Source: an uncultured virus (IMG/VR IMGVR_UViG_3300013114_000208) (taxonomy: Duplodnaviria; Heunggongvirae; Uroviricota; Caudoviricetes). Taken from it: 64,000 bases of DNA. The notes under the pieces are model-generated. The model was not told the DNA's origin. It did not search any database and saw nothing but the letters and a program-made list of their open reading frames with translations. The position numbers were made by a program, and so were the translations under genes. Of the stretch, positions 37,105 through 45,963 are shown one piece after another. How positions within the stretch are numbered: the first letter of the stretch is position 1; every line of letters starts with the position of its first letter. The stretch lies in the IMG/VR virus record IMGVR_UViG_3300013114_000208, positions 1-64,000 of that record; one strand, given 5' to 3'.

Positions 37105-38314
37105 TAAACGACTCAGAACGAATCTTATCCATTTTAGCGGTGAGTGCCATAAACTCTAAGAATAGTCTAGCATTGCTCGGTTGTTCAATAAAGTTAATTG
37201 CACTTTGAAAACCATTGGTTGCACGTTGGAGAGGATCGATTGGACTAAGATAGTCGATATGTCGTTTGTATTTTTCTATTACCGCCTCCTTATCTGGCAT
37301 TGGTAAATTGTCTATACGGTAATGCGGAGGATTCATTAGTATATTCACATTGAAGTCAGGTGCTTTAATTAGGCCATAGTTAATCCATTCTTTATGAAAG
37401 TCTGGCATATGATACGAATTCAGTATACTCAACGTGCAACTTATATAGAAATCAACGTTTGGGCATACTCGTAACATCTGTTCTCTATTATCGACTATAT
37501 CTTTCCATACAGTTTCTTTCCTTATATACTCTCCTCGCATACCCGAACCGTCTAATGAAGCACCTATACTAACGGAGTCAAACTCTTTCCACATATCCAG
37601 TATACTCAATTGCTTATATTTGAGTTGCGAAAAATTGGTATTGTATATTAACTTAACGTCGGTTCTATTTTGCTTTAGTAATTCGGCAATAATCTCCCAA
37701 TGTGCGGCCATCATTAGGGGTTCTCCACCAGCGAAATATATCTGTTCTACGTATGGTATATGCCTGATACACTCTTCGATATCCAGATTACACGTAATAA
37801 CCTTACTATTTGTAGGGGAATTTTGGTGTAATTTAACATAATCCTGATACCAATTGCTTGAAAACAGGGGACCACACGTTCGACAGCGAAAATTGCATAG
37901 GTTGCTAAACCGAACATCCCAGTATATTATCTCATAGTCTGGTTCTATACTATTGGCCTTTGCTATATGGTGGCCGAAATGTTTATTCGCTGATACCCGG
38001 CCGCTCATAAAGCCATTTTTATCTTGTTCATAACACTTGACGCATTCTGGATTGTGTAGTCCATCAATCATTCTATTACGTATATTCACCATATGTTCGC
38101 TATGCCAAATTTCCTCCAGCGTGTTATCATTTAGATTACCGACTGGCATATCCATCTCACTCATACAGCATAGATGAACAGAACTATCTGGGTATGCGTG
38201 TAAATGTGTCCAAGGATACATACAGAATGATGGGTTTTCTTCTAATACCAATTGTTGGTATAGTGAAAGATCATTCCAATCAATCTTTAGTGGCTTTTTA
38301 TCATTATAGTCCAT
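37070..38314 (-). CDS. Twitch-domain radical SAM protein (#5)
   Basis: CMYPWTH…CC…CVKC; CNFRCRTC; GGEP; YNTN; SLDG. Confidence 0.9.
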   Translation of the reverse strand: MDYNDKKPLKIDWNDLSLYQQLVLEENPSFCMYPWTHLHAYPDSSVHLCCMSEMDMPVGNLNDNTLEEIWHSEHMVNIRNRMIDGLHNPECVKCYEQDKNGFMSGRVSANKHFGHHIAKANSIEPDYEIIYWDVRFSNLCNFRCRTCGPLFSSNWYQDYVKLHQNSPTNSKVITCNLDIEECIRHIPYVEQIYFAGGEPLMMAAHWEIIAELLKQNRTDVKLIYNTNFSQLKYKQLSILDMWKEFDSVSIGASLDGSGMRGEYIRKETVWKDIVDNREQMLRVCPNVDFYISCTLSILNSYHMPDFHKEWINYGLIKAPDFNVNILMNPPHYRIDNLPMPDKEAVIEKYKRHIDYLSPIDPLQRATNGFQSAINFIEQPSNARLFLEFMALTAKMDKIRSESFNETFPEFSFVN

Positions 38315-38336
38315 CGTTATTCTAGGGCCCTGTCTA

Positions 38337-39665
38337 TTAAGACCTCTCCGGGAAGGTTTTGAATAGTGGTATCAACTCTGGGAATACCGTTTGAAAATCT
38401 TCATTACGGTGGTTATCATACTTGGTAATTTCTTTACGGAACTCTGGTATAAGATCCGTTCTATCTTCACTATACATAAAGTTGATTGCACTCTCGAAAC
38501 CATTGGTGGCTCGCTTAATGTCGTCGGCATCTGCTATACTACTTATGTGTTCTTCGTATAGTGACTTAACTTCTTCCTTCATATAGTCGGGTAGTATACT
38601 GAGTCTATAATAGTCGGGCCCTTGGAGAATGTTTACATGAAAGTCGTATACGCCTATAAGGCCGCGCTCTACCCAATCGTTATGAAAGTCTGGTAGGTGG
38701 TATGCGTTTAATACCTGCAATGTGGCACTGGGAAAAAAGTCTACGTCTGGGCACACATCGAGCATGTCGTAACGATTCCTTACTATAGTATCCCATACCG
38801 TTCCCTTACGTATATACTCTGCTCTATCACCCATTCCATCTAACGATGCTCCTATACTGACATCATCGAATAATCTCCACATGTCGAATACTGAACGCCC
38901 CTTATACTTGACTTCCGAGAAGTTAGTATTGTATACTAACGATACATCTAACTTATCTCGCTTAATCAATTCATCCATTATACGCCAGTGTTCTTCCATC
39001 ATTAAAGGCTCACCTCCTGCCCAGTATATCTTATGGAGATTGTCTATATATGGCTCTATCATTTCCCAGTTTAATTGCTTATTACCCCGTGTATAACTTA
39101 TTTTCTCTATATCCGACTGCCCATACATACTGTTATACTCGTTTACCCAATTAGAACTAAACTGTGGCCCACACATCCTACACTTAAAGTTACACATATT
39201 GGTAAAGCGAACATCCCAATAGATTGGATTAACTGGTGATGAACCATCAGGAGTGGTGGTGATATCCTTTATACTATATGCGAAATTTCTATTACTCTCA
39301 TTACGTAATGAATAAAACCCATTACGCTCCTTCTCATAACACTTATTACACTCCTTACACGGTATGCCATTGAGCATATTGTGTCGCATAGTCCTATAGG
39401 AGGCATTGTTCCATACTTCTTCGAGTGTATAATCTCTAAGATTACCTATAGGTTCATTAGGCTCTGCCATACAGCACGGGTAAGCATTACCATCGGACCA
39501 TCCGTGTATATGGATCCACGGTAGCATACAGAATACATCACTATTACATAATAAGTCACGTTCTTCTATAGTAAAGAAGCTATTAGGCAACGATTGTTTA
39601 TTACGATCCAATAACAGTGTAGTGGTATTGAATGGTGTATCTTTGTTAAGGTAACCTTTATCCAT
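38337..39665 (-). CDS. Twitch-domain radical SAM protein (#4)
   Basis: CMLPWIH…PCC…CNKC; CNFKCRMC; GGEP; YNTN; SLDG; closest to #5. Confidence 0.9.
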   Translation of the reverse strand: MDKGYLNKDTPFNTTTLLLDRNKQSLPNSFFTIEERDLLCNSDVFCMLPWIHIHGWSDGNAYPCCMAEPNEPIGNLRDYTLEEVWNNASYRTMRHNMLNGIPCKECNKCYEKERNGFYSLRNESNRNFAYSIKDITTTPDGSSPVNPIYWDVRFTNMCNFKCRMCGPQFSSNWVNEYNSMYGQSDIEKISYTRGNKQLNWEMIEPYIDNLHKIYWAGGEPLMMEEHWRIMDELIKRDKLDVSLVYNTNFSEVKYKGRSVFDMWRLFDDVSIGASLDGMGDRAEYIRKGTVWDTIVRNRYDMLDVCPDVDFFPSATLQVLNAYHLPDFHNDWVERGLIGVYDFHVNILQGPDYYRLSILPDYMKEEVKSLYEEHISSIADADDIKRATNGFESAINFMYSEDRTDLIPEFRKEITKYDNHRNEDFQTVFPELIPLFKTFPERS

Positions 39666-39850
39666 AATATTTTAAAATAAAAAAAACTTTTTGAAAAAGA
39701 AAAAAGAGTTGGGGCGTAGTGACAATGCATGTGGTAGAAAAAACAAATCGGGCATGTTGTATGTTTCTAATTTTTTTTGTCGCTCGAAATATTCTGCCCT
39801 ATAGGAAAAAATTTTCCCCGTCGTTCGACAACCCGACAGATAACCCGACC
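39666..39850. other. Non-coding A/T-tract-rich region with short repeats
   Basis: Multiple A5-A8/T5-T8 runs; GGAAAA-AA-TTTTCC (39804-39817); AACCCGAC twice (39830, 39842). Confidence 0.6.
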
Positions 39851-40093
39851 CTACCATCTCCAGGGTAACATACTCATACCCAGCAGATTTAATAACAGTT
39901 CCATCACAATAACAAACACCAAACCTCCGCCTAGTTGCCATGCCCACCACTTCCATCCTGTAAGACTACGTGACCAATTAGCCAACTTACTGTTATGTGC
40001 TTTGTCGTACGCACCTGTTTTATTGCCTATCTCACTTGCCCAGTAGTTAGGATCCACTACGTTCTTTATTGTTTTTAATAGTTTTATTATCAT
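39851..40093 (-). CDS. Small membrane protein
   Basis: 80 aa; WKWWAWQLGGG followed by a TM helix. Confidence 0.7.
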   Translation of the reverse strand: MIIKLLKTIKNVVDPNYWASEIGNKTGAYDKAHNSKLANWSRSLTGWKWWAWQLGGGLVFVIVMELLLNLLGMSMLPWRW

Positions 40094-40287
40094 AAGCGTT
40101 TAATTACCATTAGTTGCTCATACCCTAGGAAGTTGTTTACGATTACTTCATGCTCACCCGTACCACATAATAAAGTTAGTGATAACAGTATTCCTATGCA
40201 GATGCCACACACTATTAATAGTAGTGCAGTACCCCAACGTGGTATGTTTTTTAAATAATTCATATATTCAAATCCTCCGCCCTGCAT
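40090..40287 (-). CDS. Small membrane protein
   Basis: One TM helix; real start may be MNYLK after GGAGG. Confidence 0.55.
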   Translation of the reverse strand: MQGGGFEYMNYLKNIPRWGTALLLIVCGICIGILLSLTLLCGTGEHEVIVNNFLGYEQLMVIKRL

Positions 40288-40316
40288 TGTTATGTTCCGA
40301 TATGGTATCTACTGTG

Positions 40317-40363
40317 TAAAAAATTTCGCCAAACCAGGTGTTTCGGCTGGGTGTGACTCGGCC
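40317..40363. repeat. 45-bp element, copy B (inverted relative to 26055-26100)
   Basis: Reverse complement reads GGCCGAGTCACACCCA-gccgaaac-ACCTGGTtTGGCGAAATTTTTT; 38/45 identical to copy A. Confidence 0.9.
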
Positions 40364-40380
40364 CCGCCCACTTTAGCGTA

Positions 40381-41745
40381 TTAGTCATGGGGTAGTTCCT
40401 CATACCATTGTTTTAAGTTAGGGAAAGTCTCTGTAAAGTTCTTGTTTCGTCGTGTGTCGTATTGTTTATAGAAGTGATAAAAGTCGTTCTGTAGTGCTTC
40501 TGGTTCGAACGTATCGCTGTGTGGTTTATCTACTACACTTAAATAATCTAACAGTCGTAGTATGTGATTGCCTTCCATTTCGTGTAGATTGTCTTCGTTT
40601 AAAACAAGCCATTGCTCTAAGTTGTCTCTGTATTGTTGCCGTATTGATTGCGGTAGCACTAGTGGAGATTGGAAGGATGGAAACCTTAATATGTTTAAAG
40701 TAAACGTAGGAAAGTCACGTCCGTACTGTTGTTTAAAACTCATTACGTGATCTAAGAACTTTGGCAAGGAATCCAAGCACAAACTGTTAATAGTACACAT
40801 CATATGGAAGCCTTCTAAATTACCGTCCCTACATACACGATGGCAGTTTTCTACCCATTTATCCCATACTAATCCGTCTCTAATATACTCTGCTTGTGCG
40901 CCGAATGCTTCACAAGATGTATATAGATGTAAGTGTGGAATATGTTGTGCGTTCTCTATAAAGCGATCTATTAGTTCGTCTTTAGCACCTAAGTTAGAAT
41001 TGATAGCGAGCCTCATATCGGACTTTTTGTCTGTTAGTTTGAACCATTCAAATAACTTCCATATTTCGCCCGACATTAAGGGTTCGCCACCAGTTATCCT
41101 AAACTCATCTAGTGTTTCGTGTAGTTCTTCTTGCCACCATTGCCAAAAGGCTTCTGTAAATGGATTTGTTTCGTCGTGCTTATATAACTGTGCTTCGTTG
41201 TGTTGATGTGTGAAATGGTTACGGCCGTCTGACTTTAATTTCTCGTAGGAACCATTGTTCTTTATATCCTTTACCCAGGTACTACTAAAAGCAGGATTGC
41301 AATAAGAACAAGCAAAATTGCAAGTCCTATCAAAGGCGGCCTCGAGAGTGCGTAATGCAAAGTTTTCTTCGGCATCTTTTTGTCTAACATAATGTACGTC
41401 CTCCTCATCATATATGACGCTTTTATGGACACGATCGGATATAGCATCGGGCCCAATATCTTCTATTTTCCAACAGTATTCACAACCGGGTGGCCTTTCG
41501 CCTGCAAGCATTTGTTCTCTATCTTGCTTTTTTTGTTTTGTATTATGAATAGCTGATGAATTATTTAGTAGTTCTTTAATATCTATTTTGTGTGCCGGCG
41601 GGTGGTGACAACTAGTAGTCATACCACTTCCAAGCCATATAGTAGCGTTTCGCCACTTGGCCATACAAAATGATGGACTTACTGTCTCGTTAAGCCATCG
41701 TTTAATTTTTAAATCTGATTCTCTACCTGGTGTTCTTAATGTCAT
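40381..41745 (-). CDS. Twitch-domain radical SAM protein (#3)
   Basis: FCMAKW…SCHHP…CEYCW; CNFACSYC; GGEP; AEYIR. Confidence 0.9.
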   Translation of the reverse strand: MTLRTPGRESDLKIKRWLNETVSPSFCMAKWRNATIWLGSGMTTSCHHPPAHKIDIKELLNNSSAIHNTKQKKQDREQMLAGERPPGCEYCWKIEDIGPDAISDRVHKSVIYDEEDVHYVRQKDAEENFALRTLEAAFDRTCNFACSYCNPAFSSTWVKDIKNNGSYEKLKSDGRNHFTHQHNEAQLYKHDETNPFTEAFWQWWQEELHETLDEFRITGGEPLMSGEIWKLFEWFKLTDKKSDMRLAINSNLGAKDELIDRFIENAQHIPHLHLYTSCEAFGAQAEYIRDGLVWDKWVENCHRVCRDGNLEGFHMMCTINSLCLDSLPKFLDHVMSFKQQYGRDFPTFTLNILRFPSFQSPLVLPQSIRQQYRDNLEQWLVLNEDNLHEMEGNHILRLLDYLSVVDKPHSDTFEPEALQNDFYHFYKQYDTRRNKNFTETFPNLKQWYEELPHD

Positions 41746-42650
41746 GAGAAGTATTGCTCAGTTGTCCATTGACCGCTAAATGCTGTTGTAGCACACGCTC
41801 TATGGCATACTTTATCTAAATGTTTAGATAGTATGTTCTTTTCTAAATTATACCATTTCGTTGATCTATCATTGATATTTACTATAGGATCACCCCACTG
41901 GTCATCTTTTTGTGCATGTGCTACGTGTGTCCAACAACATGGATACCATAATCCTTCTGCACTTAAATAAACACTTTTCTGTTTTTCCACGTGGCATGCA
42001 AACTCTTTATCTTTCATTTCAAATGAATGATTGGTAGGCGGCTCCAATCCAGTGTTGGGGTTATGTGCAAATCTGCTAGTTGCTTTAGTTTTAAATGCTT
42101 TAAATCCCATATCCTTTGCTAATTGTTTTGCTTCGTCTATCTGGTGTTCGTTGTGTTTAAATACAATCATGTCCACTTGCCCTACACCTCCTGCATTGAT
42201 AAATGTTTTAGCATTTTTCATTAAGGTTTTCCATACAACATTTTTTCTATATAAATGATTAGTATCTTCTAATCCATCAATAGCAAATATAACACGACTA
42301 GCAGGGTTGCTTCTTGTTAGATAAGCAATATGAGTCCATAATTTTGTGCTTCCTATCCCACCATTTGTGTGTATTGAAACATGCGTTTGTTGATTCATTT
42401 GTCCAATCCATAACATCATTATGCGTAAATCTTTACACGCGATAGGATCTCCAAATGAACCACAAAATTGTACATGGTCTAAGTTGTGTATTAATGGTTT
42501 TACTAATGTTTTAAATTGATTAAATGATAATTCTTTATTTTCCATAGTCCTATGATAACCCTGTAGAGTTCTAATACACATAGGACACTCTGCCTGGCAT
42601 ACTGTAGTGGGTTCTACATGTAATTTTTTAATATCCGCTACAAAAGTCAA
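41742..42650 (-). CDS. Radical SAM protein with C-terminal SPASM/Twitch-like cluster (#2)
   Basis: CQAECPMC at the N-terminus; GDP; HTNG; IDGL; C-terminal C…PCC…C…C. Confidence 0.9.
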   Translation of the reverse strand: MTFVADIKKLHVEPTTVCQAECPMCIRTLQGYHRTMENKELSFNQFKTLVKPLIHNLDHVQFCGSFGDPIACKDLRIMMLWIGQMNQQTHVSIHTNGGIGSTKLWTHIAYLTRSNPASRVIFAIDGLEDTNHLYRKNVVWKTLMKNAKTFINAGGVGQVDMIVFKHNEHQIDEAKQLAKDMGFKAFKTKATSRFAHNPNTGLEPPTNHSFEMKDKEFACHVEKQKSVYLSAEGLWYPCCWTHVAHAQKDDQWGDPIVNINDRSTKWYNLEKNILSKHLDKVCHRACATTAFSGQWTTEQYFS

Positions 42651-44074
42651 CGTGCTAACCTCTCACATTCTTCCCACCAATATATCATTTCAGGGAATGT
42701 TTTTATAAAATTAGTGCCACGACGTTTGTCGTGCTCAGTAAAAAAGCGATAAAAGTCTGCTTTACAGTTGTCTATATACTCTGGATCTAACTTATCACTC
42801 TCTTGCCACCACGCCAAGTCGCGTTGCATACGTTGGACTTCATAATCCTTAAAGCCTTTAAAGCGAGTTTTCTCATCTTCCATGTTATCCAACATCCAAC
42901 ATATGTTCTCATCGTGTATATCTTGATATGGTTCAGGCAATAACTGTATGCTTTGCCAAGCAGGCTGTCGCAATAACGGCGTATCAAACCATACACGTTG
43001 ATAAGTTTCGCTGTATGCTTGTCGCAAACCGTGTATATAGGCTAATAACTTATCCATTCCTGAAACACTTAAATTATTATATGTTATAATAAACGTTAAA
43101 GAGTTTCTATACGGAACTTCCGTTAAGTATGTGTTGATGTTATCACACATCTTATTAAAATCTAACCCATTACGTATATACTCTGCTTGTTCCATCCAAC
43201 TATCTACACTAACGTATTGCATAAAGTGTTCTACCTTCTCATCTAAACATATACGTTTAACTTTATCTAAATACTTGTCAAACAATTTGTTGTCTACAGG
43301 ACTAAAGTTACTTGTAACGTTTAAATGTAAGTCGCTTTTGGGGTTGTCTATAATGTAATCAAATACTTTATGCGTATTTTTATCCATCATAGGTTCACCA
43401 CCAGTCATACGGAAATGCTTTAAGTCTTTATATAAGTCAGGCCACCATTCCCAAAACGCATGTACATAAGGATTATATTTGCTGTGTGGTATGCAAGGAT
43501 TAATCTCAAAGTGTTCAGGTGCGTTATGTGGTTTAGATGTAGGCCATGCACCGTGTTGTTTCATTTCCTTTTCCCACGCAGTACTAAACTGTGGACTACA
43601 GTAACTACATTTTAAGTTACAGTTATGATTAAAGTTTACTTCTACATAACGCGGGTTCTTATCTGCATCCCACGGAGCATTAACTATATTATCAAAGTCC
43701 ATCTGTGCCCACGGCTCACCACTTCTGTAATGTCTATCACTCATATGCCCAGTATCTTCTATGTTCCAACAGTACTGGCACTCGCTAGGACGTTCGCCTT
43801 CTAGCATAAGTTTACGCATTTCTTTCTTATGTTGTGTATTATGTAATGCAGATGGAGTGTCTAACTCCATTTTATGCAGTGGTGGATGATAGCAACTGTT
43901 GTTTAAGCCTGTAGGTAAATGTAAACTAACTTGATTCCATTTAGCAAGACAAAAGGATGGAGACACTGAGTCTAACTGTACTTTAATATCCTCAGCACTT
44001 CTATAGAAATCTGACTTAAACTTTCCATCCTTAACTTCTATTTTGTCGCCCTTATTATCTTTATAAAGTTCCAT
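42647..44074 (-). CDS. Twitch-domain radical SAM protein (#1)
   Basis: FCLAKW…SCYHP…CQYCW; CNLKCSYC; GGEP; AEYIR; closest to #3. Confidence 0.9.
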   Translation of the reverse strand: MELYKDNKGDKIEVKDGKFKSDFYRSAEDIKVQLDSVSPSFCLAKWNQVSLHLPTGLNNSCYHPPLHKMELDTPSALHNTQHKKEMRKLMLEGERPSECQYCWNIEDTGHMSDRHYRSGEPWAQMDFDNIVNAPWDADKNPRYVEVNFNHNCNLKCSYCSPQFSTAWEKEMKQHGAWPTSKPHNAPEHFEINPCIPHSKYNPYVHAFWEWWPDLYKDLKHFRMTGGEPMMDKNTHKVFDYIIDNPKSDLHLNVTSNFSPVDNKLFDKYLDKVKRICLDEKVEHFMQYVSVDSWMEQAEYIRNGLDFNKMCDNINTYLTEVPYRNSLTFIITYNNLSVSGMDKLLAYIHGLRQAYSETYQRVWFDTPLLRQPAWQSIQLLPEPYQDIHDENICWMLDNMEDEKTRFKGFKDYEVQRMQRDLAWWQESDKLDPEYIDNCKADFYRFFTEHDKRRGTNFIKTFPEMIYWWEECERLAR

Positions 44075-45000
44075 TACCAACCTTCAATGCCGCGTATTAC
44101 ATCTAATTCTTGTATCATTATATCGTAGTTTGTATGCTTGCTGTAATGTGCTTTAAAGAACACACTTGCCTCAGCACTCATCTCACATATAGGCATGTTT
44201 AGTTTGTTTTGTAATATTTCACCTATTACTTGTGATTCTATTTCAGGATCCTTATCTTTATATTCTGCATTAAACATTTCATTTAAATATTTGAAGTCCC
44301 TTACATTAACATGCTCCCAATCAGTAAGCATTGTTAAAAATGTCCCTAAACGTGCGCCGTATATACTCCATATGCCATGCTCAACATCACGCCCAACAGT
44401 TTGCCATATGCATAAGTTATCGAAGTTGCGAGCATGTACTTGCTCTTCAAATGTTTTTAAATCAGGTTTAGTTCCTTTGTTTAAAACCATTTTAACACCT
44501 TCTCTAAACCCAGCACGCCATGCGTGTAATGCTGAGCCATTTGGGTATGTTGTACTATAGCAGTTATGCATTGGTCTGTAATTATCGTCAAAACAAAACT
44601 CTACTAATGTTTCATCAGAACCATCAGTGTTTTCATGTGTAGTCATGTTTAAAACAAAGTCTACAGGCCAGCAACTTAAACCACCATTGCCATACATTAG
44701 TCCGTTAATAACATTACGACCCTTCCATCTAAACACACAATGTTTAGTAACATCATCTAGTGTTAGTTGTAAGTTAAAAAACTCTGGATCAGGTAAATTA
44801 TCACCATCTATTAAAACAAATCGCTCAGTATCACAAGCATTGGCAGCCGCTTTATGGGCGGCATCCGAACCATATACACCATCAATGTGTATTGCCCAAG
44901 GTACCATGTTTAGTATCTTGGCCCAAAACTCATCTTTTTGTGGCTCGTCGTATGTTAAGTATACGCAATCTAAGTCAGCAATGTCAACTATTTCAGTCAT
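44074..45000 (-). CDS. GT-A fold glycosyltransferase-like protein
   Basis: DCVYLTYDEP, DGV.G.DAAH, DxD motif IDGDN, NGLMYGNGG, AWRAGFRE; start at MTEIV (AAGGA RBS). Confidence 0.75.
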   Translation of the reverse strand: MTEIVDIADLDCVYLTYDEPQKDEFWAKILNMVPWAIHIDGVYGSDAAHKAAANACDTERFVLIDGDNLPDPEFFNLQLTLDDVTKHCVFRWKGRNVINGLMYGNGGLSCWPVDFVLNMTTHENTDGSDETLVEFCFDDNYRPMHNCYSTTYPNGSALHAWRAGFREGVKMVLNKGTKPDLKTFEEQVHARNFDNLCIWQTVGRDVEHGIWSIYGARLGTFLTMLTDWEHVNVRDFKYLNEMFNAEYKDKDPEIESQVIGEILQNKLNMPICEMSAEASVFFKAHYSKHTNYDIMIQELDVIRGIEGW

Positions 45001-45292
45001 ATTCTTTTTTAAACATGTCAAGACATTGACGATAATTAATACATTTTGGAAAATTTGAGTTTGTTTGATTGTATGTTCCTGCAAGTAATTCTTTTCTACA
45101 TATAACATCCATATGTAAAGTAGGATTGAGGTGCTGGAATATACGATGTGTTCTCATCATATCTCTTGCCGCTTGTCGGCATTCTCCTTCTGAATGCATT
45201 CGTATATTATACCAAATATCATTCTCACCATTGTATTGTCCATTAAATGGACCCACACTTAACATTATCATTAATAACCATGGTTCCCACAT
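44993..45292 (-). CDS. Hypothetical protein with N-terminal hydrophobic segment
   Basis: 99 aa, GAGG RBS. Confidence 0.6.
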   Translation of the reverse strand: MWEPWLLMIMLSVGPFNGQYNGENDIWYNIRMHSEGECRQAARDMMRTHRIFQHLNPTLHMDVICRKELLAGTYNQTNSNFPKCINYRQCLDMFKKEYD

Positions 45293-45301
45293 TGTATTTC
45301 C

Positions 45302-45529
45302 TCATGTATTGAATTCCTTTTCAAATTTATTGGCTTCCGCCTTTTTCTCGAATGACACTTTTACACCTAAGGCGTAGACAGTATCATCTAATATATATTC
45401 ATTCTTACAATTTTCTTCACACCACGACTTAACGCTTCTGTAAATTTTAATTGCTTTTTTAAAATCTTTATTTTTGATAATTTCCCCCTTCTTTACTTCC
45501 CAAGGGAATTTAGCATGTTTTACAATCAT
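45302..45529 (-). CDS. Hypothetical protein
   Basis: 75 aa; WCEENC…F….A..F pattern. Confidence 0.7.
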   Translation of the reverse strand: MIVKHAKFPWEVKKGEIIKNKDFKKAIKIYRSVKSWCEENCKNEYILDDTVYALGVKVSFEKKAEANKFEKEFNT

Positions 45530-45963
45530 CTTTTCTCCTGTTGTAATTGATAATAATTTTCATCTCTATTGAATACTACTTCATCAGCAGTAATGACTTT
45601 TTTGATAATTCTATGATCTTTTTCTGTTACATACACAGGCAAGTCAGGATCTAATTCTGTTGCGTGTGTTACTTTAGTATATTTTCTTAAACGGTCATGT
45701 ACATCATGTTTAACTGGTTCTAACTTGCCTTTAACTATTACCCAGTCAGTAATGTGATTAGTATCTAACCATTTAGAAGGAACCTTGATATGTGTTCTTA
45801 TATCTTCTTCTGGCGATGCTTCATATATTATACCTTGATCAGTATAATATAAACAATAGTCAGGCTTTTCATATTCTAATTCAACATGAGTTTCAATTGC
45901 TTCAATTAAATCATCAATGCCTTTTATAGCAGAACTTTTGTTTAATGGCTTAATTCCTTTCAT
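45526..45963 (-). CDS. Hypothetical protein
   Basis: 145 aa, coupled to its neighbours. Confidence 0.7.
   Translation of the reverse strand: MKGIKPLNKSSAIKGIDDLIEAIETHVELEYEKPDYCLYYTDQGIIYEASPEEDIRTHIKVPSKWLDTNHITDWVIVKGKLEPVKHDVHDRLRKYTKVTHATELDPDLPVYVTEKDHRIIKKVITADEVVFNRDENYYQLQQEKR

Noticed and set aside
39672..40046. ORFs 39672-39956 (-) and 39777-40046 (+)
   Set aside because: They overlap a better gene (39851-40093) and run through homopolymer tracts, giving low-complexity FFFFKKFF-type translation
39851..40287. Small ORFs as RiPP precursor peptides for the radical SAM array
   Set aside because: Both look like ordinary membrane proteins; no leader/core pattern, RRE domain, peptidase or exporter nearby. 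Not strictly excluded.
26055..40363. Inverted repeats as the ends of a transposon or an active invertible cassette
   Set aside because: No transposase or recombinase in the window, no target-site duplication seen, central spacers differ, and radical SAM paralogs continue on the same strand outside the segment; kept only as an unexplained DNA element
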